Assembly (NCBI GenBank): GCA_000165425.1
Contig: CT868274.1
Location: 62,001 to 126,000 of the forward strand
Origin: Paramecium tetraurelia
Lineage: Eukaryota
Direction of reading: 5' to 3'
Length of the DNA stretch: 64,000 bases
The position numbers and the translations under genes are program-made. The notes below the pieces were generated by a model. It was not told the origin of the DNA, ran no database searches, and worked only from the letters and a program-made list of their open reading frames with translations. Of this stretch, positions 41,228 through 57,088 are shown piece by piece (the stretch's first letter is position 1; every line of letters begins with the position of its first letter).

Positions 41228-42336
41228 ATGGAATTAAATTTTATGATATTCCCAGCTCCAAGACTCTCCTACCGTGAGGAACATTTGAGAGTTTATATAA
41301 TAGTTAATTTAGGAACTTGTCAAGATTCCTTATTATGATGATTTATTTAAGTTTCAGCAAACATCGCCTAAAACTCGAATTTAGTTTCATAAAATGGATC
41401 CTTTTAAACCTCCAGAGGAAGTTCCAAATGTATTGCAATAATTAGAATTTAGGATGTTAGTTAGCTTTCAATCTATGATGATTAAGTTGATGAGCTTCCT
41501 AGCCAAAGAATTCCTCATATGAATAAGACTATTTCTGTAAGTAGACAACAAAATATGTTCACAGTTTAAGAAAATAGAAACAATATGAGAGTCTCAACTA
41601 CTCCTCGTGTGAGTAGTAGCTCAAACACTTTTAATTAATTTAATAATAATAGGAATTATAGATGTTCAAAATAAATTCCATGCTTGTATTTAAAGGCTTC
41701 CATTCCTACTAAAAAAACTATATTATATTTTCATGCCAATTGTGAGGACTTATTGTCTTCCTATAATTTGGTGGACTTTATAAGACACAATATGAAAATG
41801 AATGTTTTGTCAGTGGAATATCCAGGATATGGATTGTATTAAGGATATACAAACGAGGAAAATATTTTGAAAGATGCTGAATATATTTATAAATACGTTG
41901 CATTTCACTCTGTAGTTGAAGAGAAAAATATGATCGTGATGGGTAGATCGATAGGAACAGGAGTAGCATGTCATTTGGCTTCGATATTTTAGCCTGGGCT
42001 TTTGGTTTTGATCTCACCTTTTTTGTCATTGTAAGAGATTGTGAATGAGAAGTACCCTTTAGTAAAGAAAATGGTTAAGGAGAGATTCGTTAATAAAGAT
42101 AAAATTCAATAAGCAAAATGCCCTGTTTTTATTTTGCATGGTCTAAAGGATAACATAGTTTCAGTTGAATAAGGGAAGAAACTGTTTGGTATCTAATCGG
42201 TTAATAGTGTTTAGACTTATGCAAAAGTGCTTGTTTATTGAGGACACCGCCTGAGATGACACACACTAGATTTCAATTTGAGAATGACTTGACTTTGCCA
42301 TTGCTAAACTTTATGAGATCGTTGAATTTACTTTGA
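41228..42336 (+). CDS. Alpha/beta hydrolase (ABHD17/ABHD13-like)
   Basis: YFHANCEDL, VEYPGYG, nucleophile GRSIGTG, LHGLKDNIV, MTH; two introns. Confidence 0.88.
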
Positions 42337-42372
42337 AAATAAAAAATAATTTGAATAAGTTTTATTTAATTA

Positions 42373-44292
<1,920 letters not shown>

Positions 44293-44369
44293 AACTGAGC
44301 ATAAAATTATTTAAAACTAACAGTTAAAAGAATTTAAATTCAATTAATTTAAATATATTTTTTAAGTAA

Positions 44370-47315
44370 ATGAACAAGTCTGATACTACTCACAATTAAG
44401 AGAACATTGATCCAAATATAGTTAGAAACTCTGTTTCTCAATAAAAAAAATTTACAAGAAGTTCAGGTCAAAAAACACCTTGGAGTGCTAAGTAATATTC
44501 TCTTTAAATTTCGATTAGCACTGGAGAAATAAGTCATTCAACCAATGACGATATTGAGATTTCTTGTTTCCAAGTAGGACCGACTAAAATATCTTCACTT
44601 TCGACCAATTAGGCTCTGATATGTCAAACAAGATTAGAGTAATATTTGACTTCAAATAATGTTCCTGATATCCTATCATACTTAGATGAATTTGAAGATC
44701 TTGATTGGGTTAAATAAAATTATGTTACTCATATAATCGAATTAATCGTAAAACAAGAGAGAGAATATTTAAAATAGAGGATTGTTGGATTAACTGCAAT
44801 ATTGACAAGCAAATGTTATTTACTCAATAGATAAATCATCAAGATGATATTTAGTGTGTCATCTAGGATTGGTTCACAAGAAGGTTTCTATGCTTTACAT
44901 GAAATATAAAACCTTATGGAGACAATGATTTTCTAGGAGGAACTTCAGTAATACAATTAGAAACAATACTACCCTCTTATTGTATATTGTCATACACATC
45001 AATTATTGTATTGGGGATTGGCTGGAGAATGCTGGGAATTACTAAAACTCAAATTAACCAAATAAATTGATGAGTCAGTCAAGGATGAATTTGAAAAGAC
45101 AGCATAGAAAATCTGTGATATGCTTTTGAGATAATTAATAGAATTAAGTAGTTCAAATAATTAATGGTATCCAATTTTCAATTAAGTCTTATACGAAGGT
45201 GTCATTAATTTGCATCCAACTGATATATTCTTTAATAAACTCATTGATTATGCTTTCAGGAAGTCTCAAGTTGAAATGGCAGAATATCTGCTGGTATTTA
45301 TGAGAGATCAAGCCAAAATTCAGCCCACTATTGTTACTATAAACACAATGATCGACTAATACTTTAAGAACAACCAGAGAGAAAAGGCTTGGAAGACTTT
45401 TGAAAATCTTAAATTGACCTAAACAAAGCCAGATAATTTTACATACACAACTCTTATTAATGGTTTAAAGAATTCGGATAATATGGATTTGAAATTGGCA
45501 TTCTCATTATTTGAAGAATACAAATAATACAACCAGCCAGATCAAATCATTTATAATTGTCTTTTAGATGCATGTATTAATGCAGGAGACTTGAATCGAG
45601 GCTTCTAATTGTTAAATGAGATGAAATAATCTTAAACCATTTAATTAGATGAGATTACATATAATACATTGATAAAAGGATGTGGAAGAAAGAAGAGATT
45701 GAATGATGCTCTAAATTTGTTTGAAGAAATGAAATTAATAGGAATTAAACCAAATAGAATTAGTTTCAATTCTTTACTTGATTCTTGTGTTAAGTGTAAT
45801 AAAATGAATATTGCATGGAGATATTTTGAAGAAATGAGAAAACAATATGGCATTTTCCCTGATAATTTTACTTATAGCATTTTAGTTAATGGAATTAAAA
45901 CCAATCACTCAAATAGAGATGAATTATTGAGGGCTATAACTCTATTGGAATAGATTCAAGAGACTGGGTAATTCAAGCCAGATGAAATTCTGTATAATTC
46001 ATTAATTGATGCTTGTGTTAAATTTAATGAGATCCAAAAAGGAATGGAATTATTTAGAGAAATGAAAAATAAACAAATTGAACCATCATCAGTTACTTAT
46101 GGCATTTTAATTAAGGCATATGGAAAATAGAATGATTTGAATGGGGCATTTAAGATATTTGAAGAAATGAAATAAAAGAAGATACCAATAAATGATGTTA
46201 CTTATGGATGCTTGGTTGATGCATGTGTGAGGAATGATAGATTAGATCAAGCATTGTAGTTCATAGATCAAATGAAATCTTAAAATCTACCAATCAATAC
46301 AGTTCTATATACAACAATAATCAAAGGATTTTGTAAATTGAATTAAACTGAAGAAGCAATCAAGTATTTCGATCTCATGAAATAGTCACCAAAGACTTAT
46401 CCCAATCTCATAACTTATAATTCATTACTGGATGGAATGGTAAAGAATGGATTACTGAATTAAGCAGATAAACTATTTTAAGAATTAGTTGACTCTAAAA
46501 TCAAACCTGATCTTATTACTTTTAGTACCTTATTGAAAGGACATTGTAGAAAAGGCAACATGAAAAGACTCAATGAGACAGTATAAATCATGACAGGTTT
46601 ACAAATTAGTCCTGATGAGTCTTTGTTACAATTAATATTGGAAGCTTGTCTCAATCAATAGTAGTATCATATAGGAGTTCAGATATTTGACCAGTTTTGT
46701 CATTAGATTCCTTAATCCACTCAATTGTTATTGACAATCATCAGATTGCATTGTTTAGATAAGAAATTAGTCTAGGCAATGTCATTATTGAATCGTTTAT
46801 ACTAATTAATGGACGAAAATAGAGTTTAGCACTAATTTTTAGAATAAACAATTAATTCCTTATTATTGTATTAGTTGGACGAATAAGTTTATCCAATAGT
46901 TACTAACATAGTAATAATAGCCTTAAAAATGGAGTTTAATATATCTAATTTGGAGACCCTAATATCTAGTAAAAATTCTTAATTAACCACGCTGTTATAA
47001 AACACTAGTCAACTTCCATGTAATAAGTTACTGCAGATAATACCTGAATTGGCGAACGAGGATTAGAATGCATGCAGAGAGTATGTTAGGAAGAACAGCA
47101 AGAACGGTCTTAAAGAGCCATTGAATGAATAATTTGGGTAGGTATTTTTGTAATGTAACAACAATAATAAAAAGAGTAAGGTTTAAGAACGATCATCACC
47201 ATTCAACAATGAGAACAAAGAGAACGTCTACCATCCAAAGCGGTAGTATAATAATTATGCAAAGAACGATTTGGATGAGTTCATGCCGAACAAACAATAC
47301 GCAAGGAGAAGATGA
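44370..47315 (+). CDS. Pentatricopeptide-repeat (PPR) protein
   Basis: At least 10 ~35-aa repeats (TYTTLING, IYNCLLDAC, TYNTLIKGC, SFNSLLDSC, TYSILVNG, LYNSLIDAC, TYGILIKAY, TYGCLVDAC, LYTTIIKGF, TYNSLLDG, TFSTLLKGH). Confidence 0.93.
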
Positions 47316-47336
47316 TTAATTAATTAATATTATAAA

Positions 47337-48601
47337 ATGAATAATGATCAATCATTAGAAGACATTGACTAATTTATTCATTCTTATGCACCGCAACAGT
47401 CTATCCCAAATATTCTTTCGCAAGCCATCACGTAAGATTAACTTCTGGTCCAAAATGTAAGGTTATTACAACAATTGCATGAACAACAATCGATTTTGAA
47501 TCTTTAAAGTTTAATGTTCCTCAATCCAATGGTGCAAACATAAGTGAACCACGAAAGTAAGAAGATAAAAAAAACAAATAAAAGCATCTAAGTTATCCCC
47601 TCTACGACAAATGTAAAGGAAAATGCACAGCATCTCTTAGAAATTAAAGGAAATGTCAAAAATGCATATATAAAGAAAATAACTTCGTTGTTGAGTGTGG
47701 AGGGTGACAAATTGCTTGATGATGACTTTCAAGAGGATCTGGAAATTGAGAGTTGTTCCGACCTCCACAAGTAGGATAAATTGAGTGGACTGTTGAACTC
47801 TAACAATGACTAAACTCAAGTGAAACAAAAAGGAAGGTAAAGTGCCAAAATGTCAAGACTTCGTAAAAAAGTGTATCTGAAACTTTTGGAGAAGAAGGTA
47901 TGTTATTGCATCTAAGTCAGGTTTCAGATCTGGATTAGCAGATATCGGAATACAAGAAAACAACCCGGCAATCCTTTGAATATTTGACTCAAATCTTGCA
48001 ATCGCATCCCATCCTCAATAGCATGATAATAGGGAATTCGGCGGCAATTGATTAGGTAATGGAATGCTCATCTCCAGAGTAAGCCCAATTGATCCTCGAC
48101 TCCTATATTGTAAGCATCCAAATAAATGTAGATGAGATATGGCATATGTGGAATCAAGAGAAGGGATTACTTCAAATATGCCGTAAAAAATATACAGAAG
48201 AACTTTTTGAAGGGGAACTATGGTCTGCTGCTGATGAGTTGGAATAATCGAGTACATAATTGTAAGAGACTTTGACTTATGAGTAGATGATCAAGAGTTT
48301 AATCAGTACGTGGAAATCGTGAAGGAAGAGGCCAAGTTGGAAGACGATAATCAAGTGTATAAGGTACTGCCTACAGTTGATCGGATGCTGAATCATCGAA
48401 GATTGTCCTAATAGTACACTTAACAGTATTAATCATAGGCTATTGTTGAAATTCAATTAGGACATCAGAAATTTGAGATCCCTCCAACAAGAAGTGGAAG
48501 AAACAGTAAATTAATTTACTTAAAGCTTAAGTCCCACTCAGCATTTAGATTTCATCAAGTTGATAGAGAAATAAGGAAGTTTTAATAGATATACCAAATG
48601 A
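47337..48601 (+). CDS. bZIP-like transcription factor
   Basis: KQKGRQSAKMSRLRKKVYLKLLEKKVSDLDQQISEYKK basic region plus zipper; four tiny introns. Confidence 0.78.
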
Positions 48602-48643
48602 TTATTATAAAGTCATTAAAAATTTTTGGTTTTCTCTTAATAC

Positions 48644-49802
48644 ATGTCATCCATTTTAAACAGCATTGCTAAAATGAGATATAAAACAAAAGTATCAATA
48701 TGATTTGAGTGTTGTTAGGCCGTATTTTCAGGAGTGACAGACGTTGTAGTTGTAGATCAGGGGGAGGAGAAGTATGCATCAACTCCTTTCAATGTGAAGT
48801 TTGGTAAATTGAAATTCTTAAATGCTGGAGAGGAATTGGTTATTGAGAGTATATTATAAATCCGATTGCATAGCATTGAATATAAAAGAGAAATCAACCA
48901 TCAAATAGATGAGTTTGATAAAATTAGTAATTTTCATAAACGGAGAGAAAAGGGATGACATCCAATTTTACTTGGATGACGATTAGATAGGCCATTTTGC
49001 ATATGACTAGAAGGCAGATATAGAGGAACTTAAATAGAAATATTTGGAACAGACAAAACAAAATATGAATCTACAGCAATAACAGGAATCTAAATTGATT
49101 CCATAAAATAAATTCTTAGTTTTGTCTAGAGTGCCTACTTCAAAAACCATTCAAAGTTTAAAGTTAAAGCATGGATTAAACACAATTACTTATGAAGTGG
49201 AGTGCAAGAGGTTGGGTTTGTAACATATTGAATGTCAATTGTTTATGATAAAATAAAACCAGAAGATTTTCATAAGTGACATCGATGGAACCATTACTAA
49301 ATCTCCAACAAAAGGTATGATTCTATCTACATTCGGAAGAGATTACACATAAGATCACATATGTGAGTTTTACAATAGGCTCACTTAGAGGAATTATCTT
49401 ATTTTATACATGTCTGCTCGATCGATGGTATAATACGAAAGTACCAAAGAATATCTGCTCAGATAATAACAATAGGGTATCTAATTACCTCCAGGCCCAC
49501 TGTTTTTGTCTCCCTAAGAACTATTAGAGGCTTTTACTATAGAGGTTATCAAGAAACAGACTGACATTCTTAAGTCACAAATGTTAAACGATTTGGTCTT
49601 CACCATAGGAGTAACTGGGACAATTTAAGGTGGAATGGGAGATAGATTGAACGATATTCAAGCATACAAGATGGCCAATATCGAATATGAAAGGATATTA
49701 CTGATAAATAAGAAGGGGGAGATAGTTCGAGTGAATAATGAAATGAAAGAAGAAAAATTCACTATAAAAGAAATTATTTAAAAGATGGATTAAATTTTCT
49801 GA
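48644..49802 (+). CDS. Lipin/Pah1-like phosphatidate phosphatase (N-LIP + LNS2), compact form
   Basis: FSGVTDVVVV..STPFNVKFGK (N-LIP); ISDIDGTITKS catalytic motif; LYMSAR; LPPGPLFLSP; intron 48692-48718. Confidence 0.92.
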
Positions 49803-49833
49803 ATTTATTTAAATAATTACACAATTAATTAAA

Positions 49834-51519
49834 ATGTCTGCTGTGGGTATTCGTGGTGAAAGAGATCAAGGACAAGATGTTCGTACAAGTAATGTAACTG
49901 CCGTCATGGCCATTGCAAATGTAGTCAAAACTAGTCTTGGACCATAAGGATTGGATAAGATGTTAGTAGATGAAATTGGAGATGTTGTAATCACAAATGA
50001 TGGAGCAACTATTCTCAAATAATTGGAAGTTGAGCATCCAGCTGCTAAAGTCATTGTCGAGTTGAGTTAATTGTAAGACAAGGAAGTCGGTGATGGTACT
50101 ACATCCGTTGTTGTATTGGCTGCTGAATTGCTTAAGCGAGCTAATGAATTAATTAAAATTAAGGTGCATCCTACCACCATTATATCCGGTTACAAATTAG
50201 CTGCCAGATAGGCTGTCAAATATATCCAATCTCATTTAGTGCACAAAATCACTGAAGATGACACTGAGATATTGATCAATGCAGCCAAAACTTCCATGAA
50301 TAGCAAAGTTATTGGTCCAGAAAGTCACATCTTTGCTAAATTAGCAGTCGATGCAGTCAGACTAGTCAAAACTTAAGGTGCAATCTCAGGAAAACCTAAA
50401 TATCCCATCCAATCTATTAATATTGTTAAAAGTCATGGACAATCCTCCAATCAATCTGAATTGGTCAAAGGATACGTTATCCAATTACAAAGAGCTTCAT
50501 AATAAATGGTAACCAAAGTTAAGAATGCCAAAGTTGCTTGTTTAGATATCAATTTGAACAAATTCAAAATGTAGATGGGAGTTTAAATTTTGGTTGATGA
50601 TCCAAACAATCTTGAGAAGATCAGAAAGAAGGAAATGGATGTTTTGAAAGAAAGAATCTAATTATTATTGTCAGCAGGAGCCAACGTGATCCTAACATCA
50701 AAAGGAATGGATGATTTAGCTAATAAATACTTGGTTGAGGCGGGAGCTATTGGATTAAGAAGAGTCCCAAAGGATCATCTAAGGAGAATTGCTAAAGCAA
50801 CAGGTGCAAAGGTTATTACTACCTTCGCAAACGAAGAAACTGGAGAGTCCTTTGATGCATCCAGTTTAGGAGAAGCTGAAGTATGATTGTATAATAACAA
50901 TAGGAAGTTTACGAAGAAGCCATAGGAGACAATGATTACATATTTTTCAAGGGAATGAAAAGAGAATAATCAGCAAGTATCATCCTCAGAGGTGCAAATG
51001 AATTGATGACTGATGAAATAGAGAGATCTATACATGATTCATTGTGTGTTGTTAAAAGAACCTTGGAATCTGGTTCAGTCGTAGCTGGAGGTGGAGCTGT
51101 CGAAATGGCCTTAAGCATTTATTTGGATGATTATTCGAGAACTCTTGACACAACTGAACAAATTGCTGTTGCCGAATTCGCTGAAGCTTTGACTGCTATT
51201 CCAAAGATATTGGCTACCAATGCTGCCAAAGATTCAATTGATTTGATCAGCAAATTGAGAGTTTTACATAGCAAATCTTAATAACTCTAAGTGGATGAGA
51301 AGGGATTTAAGTACAGTGGACTAGATCTGATTAAAGGAGAGGTTAGACACAATTTGAGACACGGAGTTCTTGAACCAACAGTGAGCAAAGTGAAATCATT
51401 GAAGTAAAATACAAACATATATTGTTAGGTTTGCAACAGAGGCTGCTATTACAATATTGAGAATAGATGACATGATTAAATTAGAACCAAAGAAGGAGTA
51501 AATGCCAGGTAGACATTGA
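49834..51519 (+). CDS. CCT1: T-complex protein 1 subunit alpha
   Basis: [63 protein letters not shown]. Confidence 0.97.
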
Positions 51520-51724
51520 GTTATGATAAGTATAATAAATAATTATATGCATAATATTATTAATGAAAGTCCATTCAAGGATGTTAATAAATACTTACTC
51601 ATTTTGGTGCTTATTTCTAGTTTACTTGAAAATATTTAATTAACCTAGAATCAACTCTAAAATTAATAGAGCTTTATTAATCAAAATAAGGAATCCAACA
51701 AATCGTTTAATTATTTTAATAAGA

Positions 51725-52490
51725 ATGAATCGAAGAATTATCACAGAAGTTGGAGATTCTAATCGCAAAGATCTCAAAGATGAGTGTAATGCAAATGAGT
51801 ATAATTTCATCTCGAATAAACGTTATCTACACTTGAAATCCAATGCAAGTGAATCTGCGGTTGAATTGAAAAGACAAAGTAGAATTAATCCAATGGCATT
51901 TCAATAAGAGAATGTTTCCATAGATTAAACGAAGTTATACTCTATGGCGAAACTGTCCCTTCAAGGATAAACTGAATAGCTGAAGAATTGCTAATGGTAG
52001 GATCTCAATCTACAAAAAAAGAGTTCTTGCTTATTCAAGAATTTAGACAAATTAGAACATAAAATTTTTGTTAATCAAGGTATTTATAATAATTCTAAAA
52101 GATTGAGATTAATTTACAAAGAGAAGAAGTTAGTTGCTGAAATAACTAATGTAAATAAAACAAAGTGATAGGAGTAAGTCGAATTATAACTTGTAGATTA
52201 AAGATGGTGAGAAAATTGAAACGATCCTTCAAGTGCGATCGATAATGAATGCTGAAGGGAGGTTGGAATAATAGTAGAGAAGATTTTAGATACAAAATCA
52301 ATCTGTCTTAAGAATGAGATAAAGATTGGCTAGTTGTTTGGAACAGAGTCAAGATAGAAGCTTGAGTAGATTGAATATGAATTTCTCCGCTTTGACGATA
52401 CAGAGAAAAGAGCTGATAAATAAAAATAGCTCTTAATTAAGAATAAGAATGTAATAAAATTGTTGTAACAAAGAAATAAATACTAATTGA
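51725..52490 (+). CDS. Hypothetical protein, tandem paralog A
   Basis: MNRRIITEVGD...SIMNAEGRL; one intron near 52080 with uncertain acceptor. Confidence 0.7.
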
Positions 52491-52514
52491 TTAATTATAT
52501 ATATTATATATATA

Positions 52515-53366
52515 ATGAATAGACTATTGATTACGGAATTAGGAGATACAATGAGAACAGAAATGAAAAGAGATTTAAATAAGACTATTAAGTCGAACAG
52601 AACTATACTGAAAACCTCATTTCCAGAAATAAAGAATAATTTTTGTAGTTCTGCTCTTCTTACCGAGATCGACAAAACTTAGAACCCACTCTACTAAAAA
52701 AGTCTTTCTGATTAGGCACTTCTAAATCTGTCTAAGGTTGCCAATCTTTCTTTGTTTGGGCCTAAAAATAGACAGAGTTTGGAAAATCACTTAAGAGATG
52801 ATCTATAAATTAAGAAGTAGAAGGATTATTTAAATTTATGTTTGGACAAGTAGGTTGATAGAATTCTTGATGATAAGAGTATTAGAATTGAAATAATATT
52901 AGATTTGATGAGCAAAAGGAAGAGACAGTTACTGAATGAGTTGAAGAAGTTGGAAGCCAGAACAAAGTTGAAACATTTTCATCACATCCCAACGGAGTAG
53001 TCTTAATTTAGTTCTCTGATTGAGGACAACGACAGAGGGATGAAGTTGATGTCGATAGTAAATGCTGAAGGTAAGTTATTATAATTGAAGAGAAGATACG
53101 AAAAGCAGTAATTGGTGGATTTGAAAACGAAACAATAAGTGAAACTGAATTATTTCAACTTCAAAGAAAATCAGATTAGGAACATCGAAGCTTTGAAAAT
53201 AATGGAGCATAAGGATATGGAGAGTGATGTTAAGGATATTTTTATGAACAAAGATTTGTCCGAAATCAGATTCAGTGAAAGATTGAATGAGAAACATGTA
53301 AAAGAGACTGAACAAATTTGGAAGTAGCATCACTTTCCTCAACATAGGAAATGGCTATCAAATTGA
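52515..53366 (+). CDS. Hypothetical protein, tandem paralog B
   Basis: MNRLLITELGD...SIVNAEGKL; open code-6 frame to TGA 53364-53366. Confidence 0.75.
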
Positions 53367-53397
53367 TTAAATATATATTAAAATTAAATTGATAAAA

Positions 53398-55412
53398 ATG
53401 ACAAGGGCGATTAATCTAAAATTATAAGATAAGTTGATTCTCATAGAAATGGCAAATGAAGCTACTCTGAGTGATCTTTACAAAAGAGTAATAATTCAAT
53501 TTAAGACATAGATCAAAGAGCATCCTCTCACTCCAAATCCAAATTAACTGATTGGACTCAAAACTGTATCAGGAGCCTTGACTTTAGATTATATTCTCTC
53601 AAGACCTGAAGATAGGAGTATAAAATAATAATGATTAGGTTTGTTACAATTAAATAAATTGAAGTAGAATGAGTGGTTGGTAGGAATTTATAAGTAATAA
53701 ACAGGATAGTTAAGTTTGAAAGATTTTGTATTTGAAAAATGCATAGGAAAAGGAGGAACCTCAGAAGTATATTTGATAAGACATAAAGGAAATGCAAGAC
53801 TGTACGCACTCAAAATGATAAAAAAGCATTACATTACAGATTGCAGACGTTTAGAATAGGTATTGAGAGAAAAGAAAATATTATCCAATGTATTAAATTA
53901 AAGTCCATTTATTGTACCATTGTATGCAACATTTGCCACTCGAGAACACTTGTGCTTCTTGATGGAATACAGTCCAGGAGGGGAGATGTTCTTCCACCTC
54001 TAAAATTATAGATTTACAGAGGAAGAAGCCAAGAAGTACTTTTGTGAAGTGATTTGCACATTGGAAGAGTTACATAAACATAAAGTGCTCTATCGAGATT
54101 TAAAGGTATTATTACAATTGATTATAATAGCCAGAGAATATCTTAATTGATATTCGAGGTCACATTTAATTGACAGATTTCGGTCTATCAAAGTTGGATT
54201 TGATGAATGAAGATGTTACACACAGTTTTTGTGGTTCTCCTGAGTACATGCCTCCAGAAATAGTCAGGTATATCTATTGACTATTCTAGTCGTTAAGGAT
54301 ATTCATACCCAGCAGACTTTTACACCTTGGGTTGTCTCTTACATGAGTTGTTATTAGGATTACCACCACATTATTCTTAAAACACTGAAGAGATCTTTTA
54401 GAAGATAATTAATGAGGAGTTGGAGTTACCAGATGACCTTACAGAAGAAGTAACTGAACTATTAATAGATCTATTGGAAAAGGATGTCAATAAGCGAATC
54501 AAGGACTTCAAAGTGTTGAAAAAGTATCAATGGTTAAGTGATGTGAATTGGGAAATTATCAAAAACAAACAATTAGAAATGCCTATTGAAATAGATATAT
54601 ATGAAACTCATATTCATGGAGAATTCTTAAAGGTGGATGTTGCTGAATTTAATTAAAAAAACGAAACTGGTGATTTGAAACCTTAAGATGATTTGTTCGA
54701 GTTCTTTCATTACATTAATCCTATGTATTAGGATTAATTCTTGTTAGAATCAAAATAATAGAATGTCAAAAACAGAGCTTCAAGTGATATGATAATTGAG
54801 AAGAAATAAAAATTAGGACTAAATGACAGATAGTCGAATGTCAATCCAACTCAATTAAAGAAGTGCAATTCTATCAAATAATCTTTGAAGTCTGCTAGTT
54901 CTCCAAGAATAAGTAATTAATTATTTAGTACTGGCCATCATAGTACTCAAAATTCGCCCAAGAAACAGCTACAACTCAATTTATAAGATATTGACAACCA
55001 ATTAAACATGAAAACGCCAAAATAACCCAAATCCCTAGCTGGAACAACTCCAACAGCTGCAACTTTGGCACTGCTGAGAAAGAGTTTCTAGACTCTATTG
55101 AAGAAGGCTCCATAATTAAGGAATCAAGATAATAATCCCACTTTAAGAACTCTGTTATCAGAAAGGTCTTTAATGGATAGGAATTATGTTAATCATATTA
55201 ATTATAATTAGATTTAAAAAATATTACAATTATAACATAGCAGTCCCACCAATAGAGAATTGTCATAGAGGCCACCTCAATAATTGTAAAAAAGAATTTC
55301 AAGCACTTCCACCCATCTTAAATCCTAGTTATCATAGTTATCACTCTTTACTTTATCTTCATAAATTACTTAAAGGGGCAGTACCTCACATAGACCAAAA
55401 CTCAAATAATGA
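53398..55412 (+). CDS. AGC-group Ser/Thr protein kinase
   Basis: IGKGGTSEV, YALK, YRDLKPENIL, LTDFGLSK, SFCGSPEYMPPE; S/Q-rich tail; several introns. Confidence 0.93.
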
Positions 55413-55810
55413 TAATATTATTATATATATTTAAATATAAATTTATCCTTTAAATTCATCTGATTTGTCCATCCTTACATTTTAAGTCTCGTTTTGATAT
55501 TATTTATTTATTTCAAGTCACTTATCAATCACTATTACTATGATATCTTATATTAATTTCTATCTGCTTGAAACAAAGAAACATCAAGAAAGCAATTACA
55601 ATGTTTATTTGATCTATCAATTTGATGAATCAATCAGACATAGATATAAATTTTAAAATTTCATTTTAAAAGTAGTTGAATACATCAATAAATATCAGTT
55701 ATAATATGTTATTGAAATATTTATATTAATTAGTAACAACTTTAATAATATATAAATTATTCAAACTTTTTTTAATTAAATTTATAATAAAAAATACTTA
55801 AATCACAACA

Positions 55811-56774
55811 ATGATTGATGTGCAGCCTTCCTAGCAGAATTAATATTTAATTAAATCTTTACTCAAAAATTAAATCTTTACCTTAGATAAATAGGATTCG
55901 TTAAAGTATTAATAAATTACAGCCCAATAATGTAATCAGCAATTTCATTGGACTATAGTAAGTGTGGACTAACTCTAAAATTTTACTTAGAAATACTCCT
56001 TAAGATTTGGAGAGTTTATTTAAATTACTGCAAGCAGACCCTAAAACTAAAATCAACCTTTGAGCAAGGTACCTCTATTGATCCAATAGCCTGATAATTC
56101 AATTATTTCAGAGTAAACTTTTACAAGCCTTAATGATAATTTAGTTAGAAAACAACCATGTGTCCTTTAAAGGGCTGATGACAATTTTTATTTAACAATA
56201 GAGAAAGATAAAATTATATTCATAGAACTCCCTAATCAAGGAAGCTATTTCTAAATTATACCCCTAAGTGAAAATGAATTAGAAATAAATAGACCTATAA
56301 TTTAATTCCAATATGAATATGAAATCAGGAATTACTATACTGGATATTCTCTAAATATTAAATAAGAAAATAGCATTCCCAACCATCTAAAATTAAGCGC
56401 AATAAGAAGTAATAAACAAAGTGAGAAATGGCAGATAATATAAGATCAAAACTTCCATAACTAATTTTAAATTCTAAATTTAAGACATCAGATTTATATC
56501 AATACGAAAGACGACAATACAAAGTAATTTTCAGTGAACCCACAAAATGTTAATTGGGAATTTTAAAGTACAAGATTAACCATATAAATTAGCAATTGGC
56601 GGTCAAAAATTTTCTTATGGTGTTCCTTTTATTATTCAAAATTCCTCCACTAAATACTTTTTAACAATGGGTGTATTTAACTTAAAAAATATTATAAATT
56701 TTTAATAAGTAGTTAAATAAAGTCAAAAACTAAAGCCAACATCATTATGGATAATTTTTTAACATTAAATTTGA
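55811..56774 (+). CDS. Hypothetical protein, possible beta-trefoil (MIR/ricin-B-like) repeats
   Basis: Recurring [YF]xIxN..T..[SF]L and Wx[IF] patterns (YEIRNYYTGYSL, EKWQII, FIIQNSSTKYFL, SLWII); last intron uncertain. Confidence 0.6.
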
Positions 56775-57088
56775 TTTTTTATTTATTTATATTAACACAA
56801 CTAAGTGGAAATTCTTTTGAATATAAATAAAGTAAGTAGTAAGTCTTGGATTATTATAAAAGTTCTTAACAGAGATAAATAGTATTTTTTTTCGGAAAAA
56901 TACTACTTAACTAAAGTAAGCACAGTATAAGGCTATTTCTAAAAGTTCTAAGAATAATACTAAAGGGTTGTCAAATTGATATCTTTGTAAAGAATAGATA
57001 ACTTATAAAAAATAAAAGAATTGCTAAACCATCCTTATTTCATTTATCAAATATTATTTATTGTTTATAATTTATATTTTATAATTAA

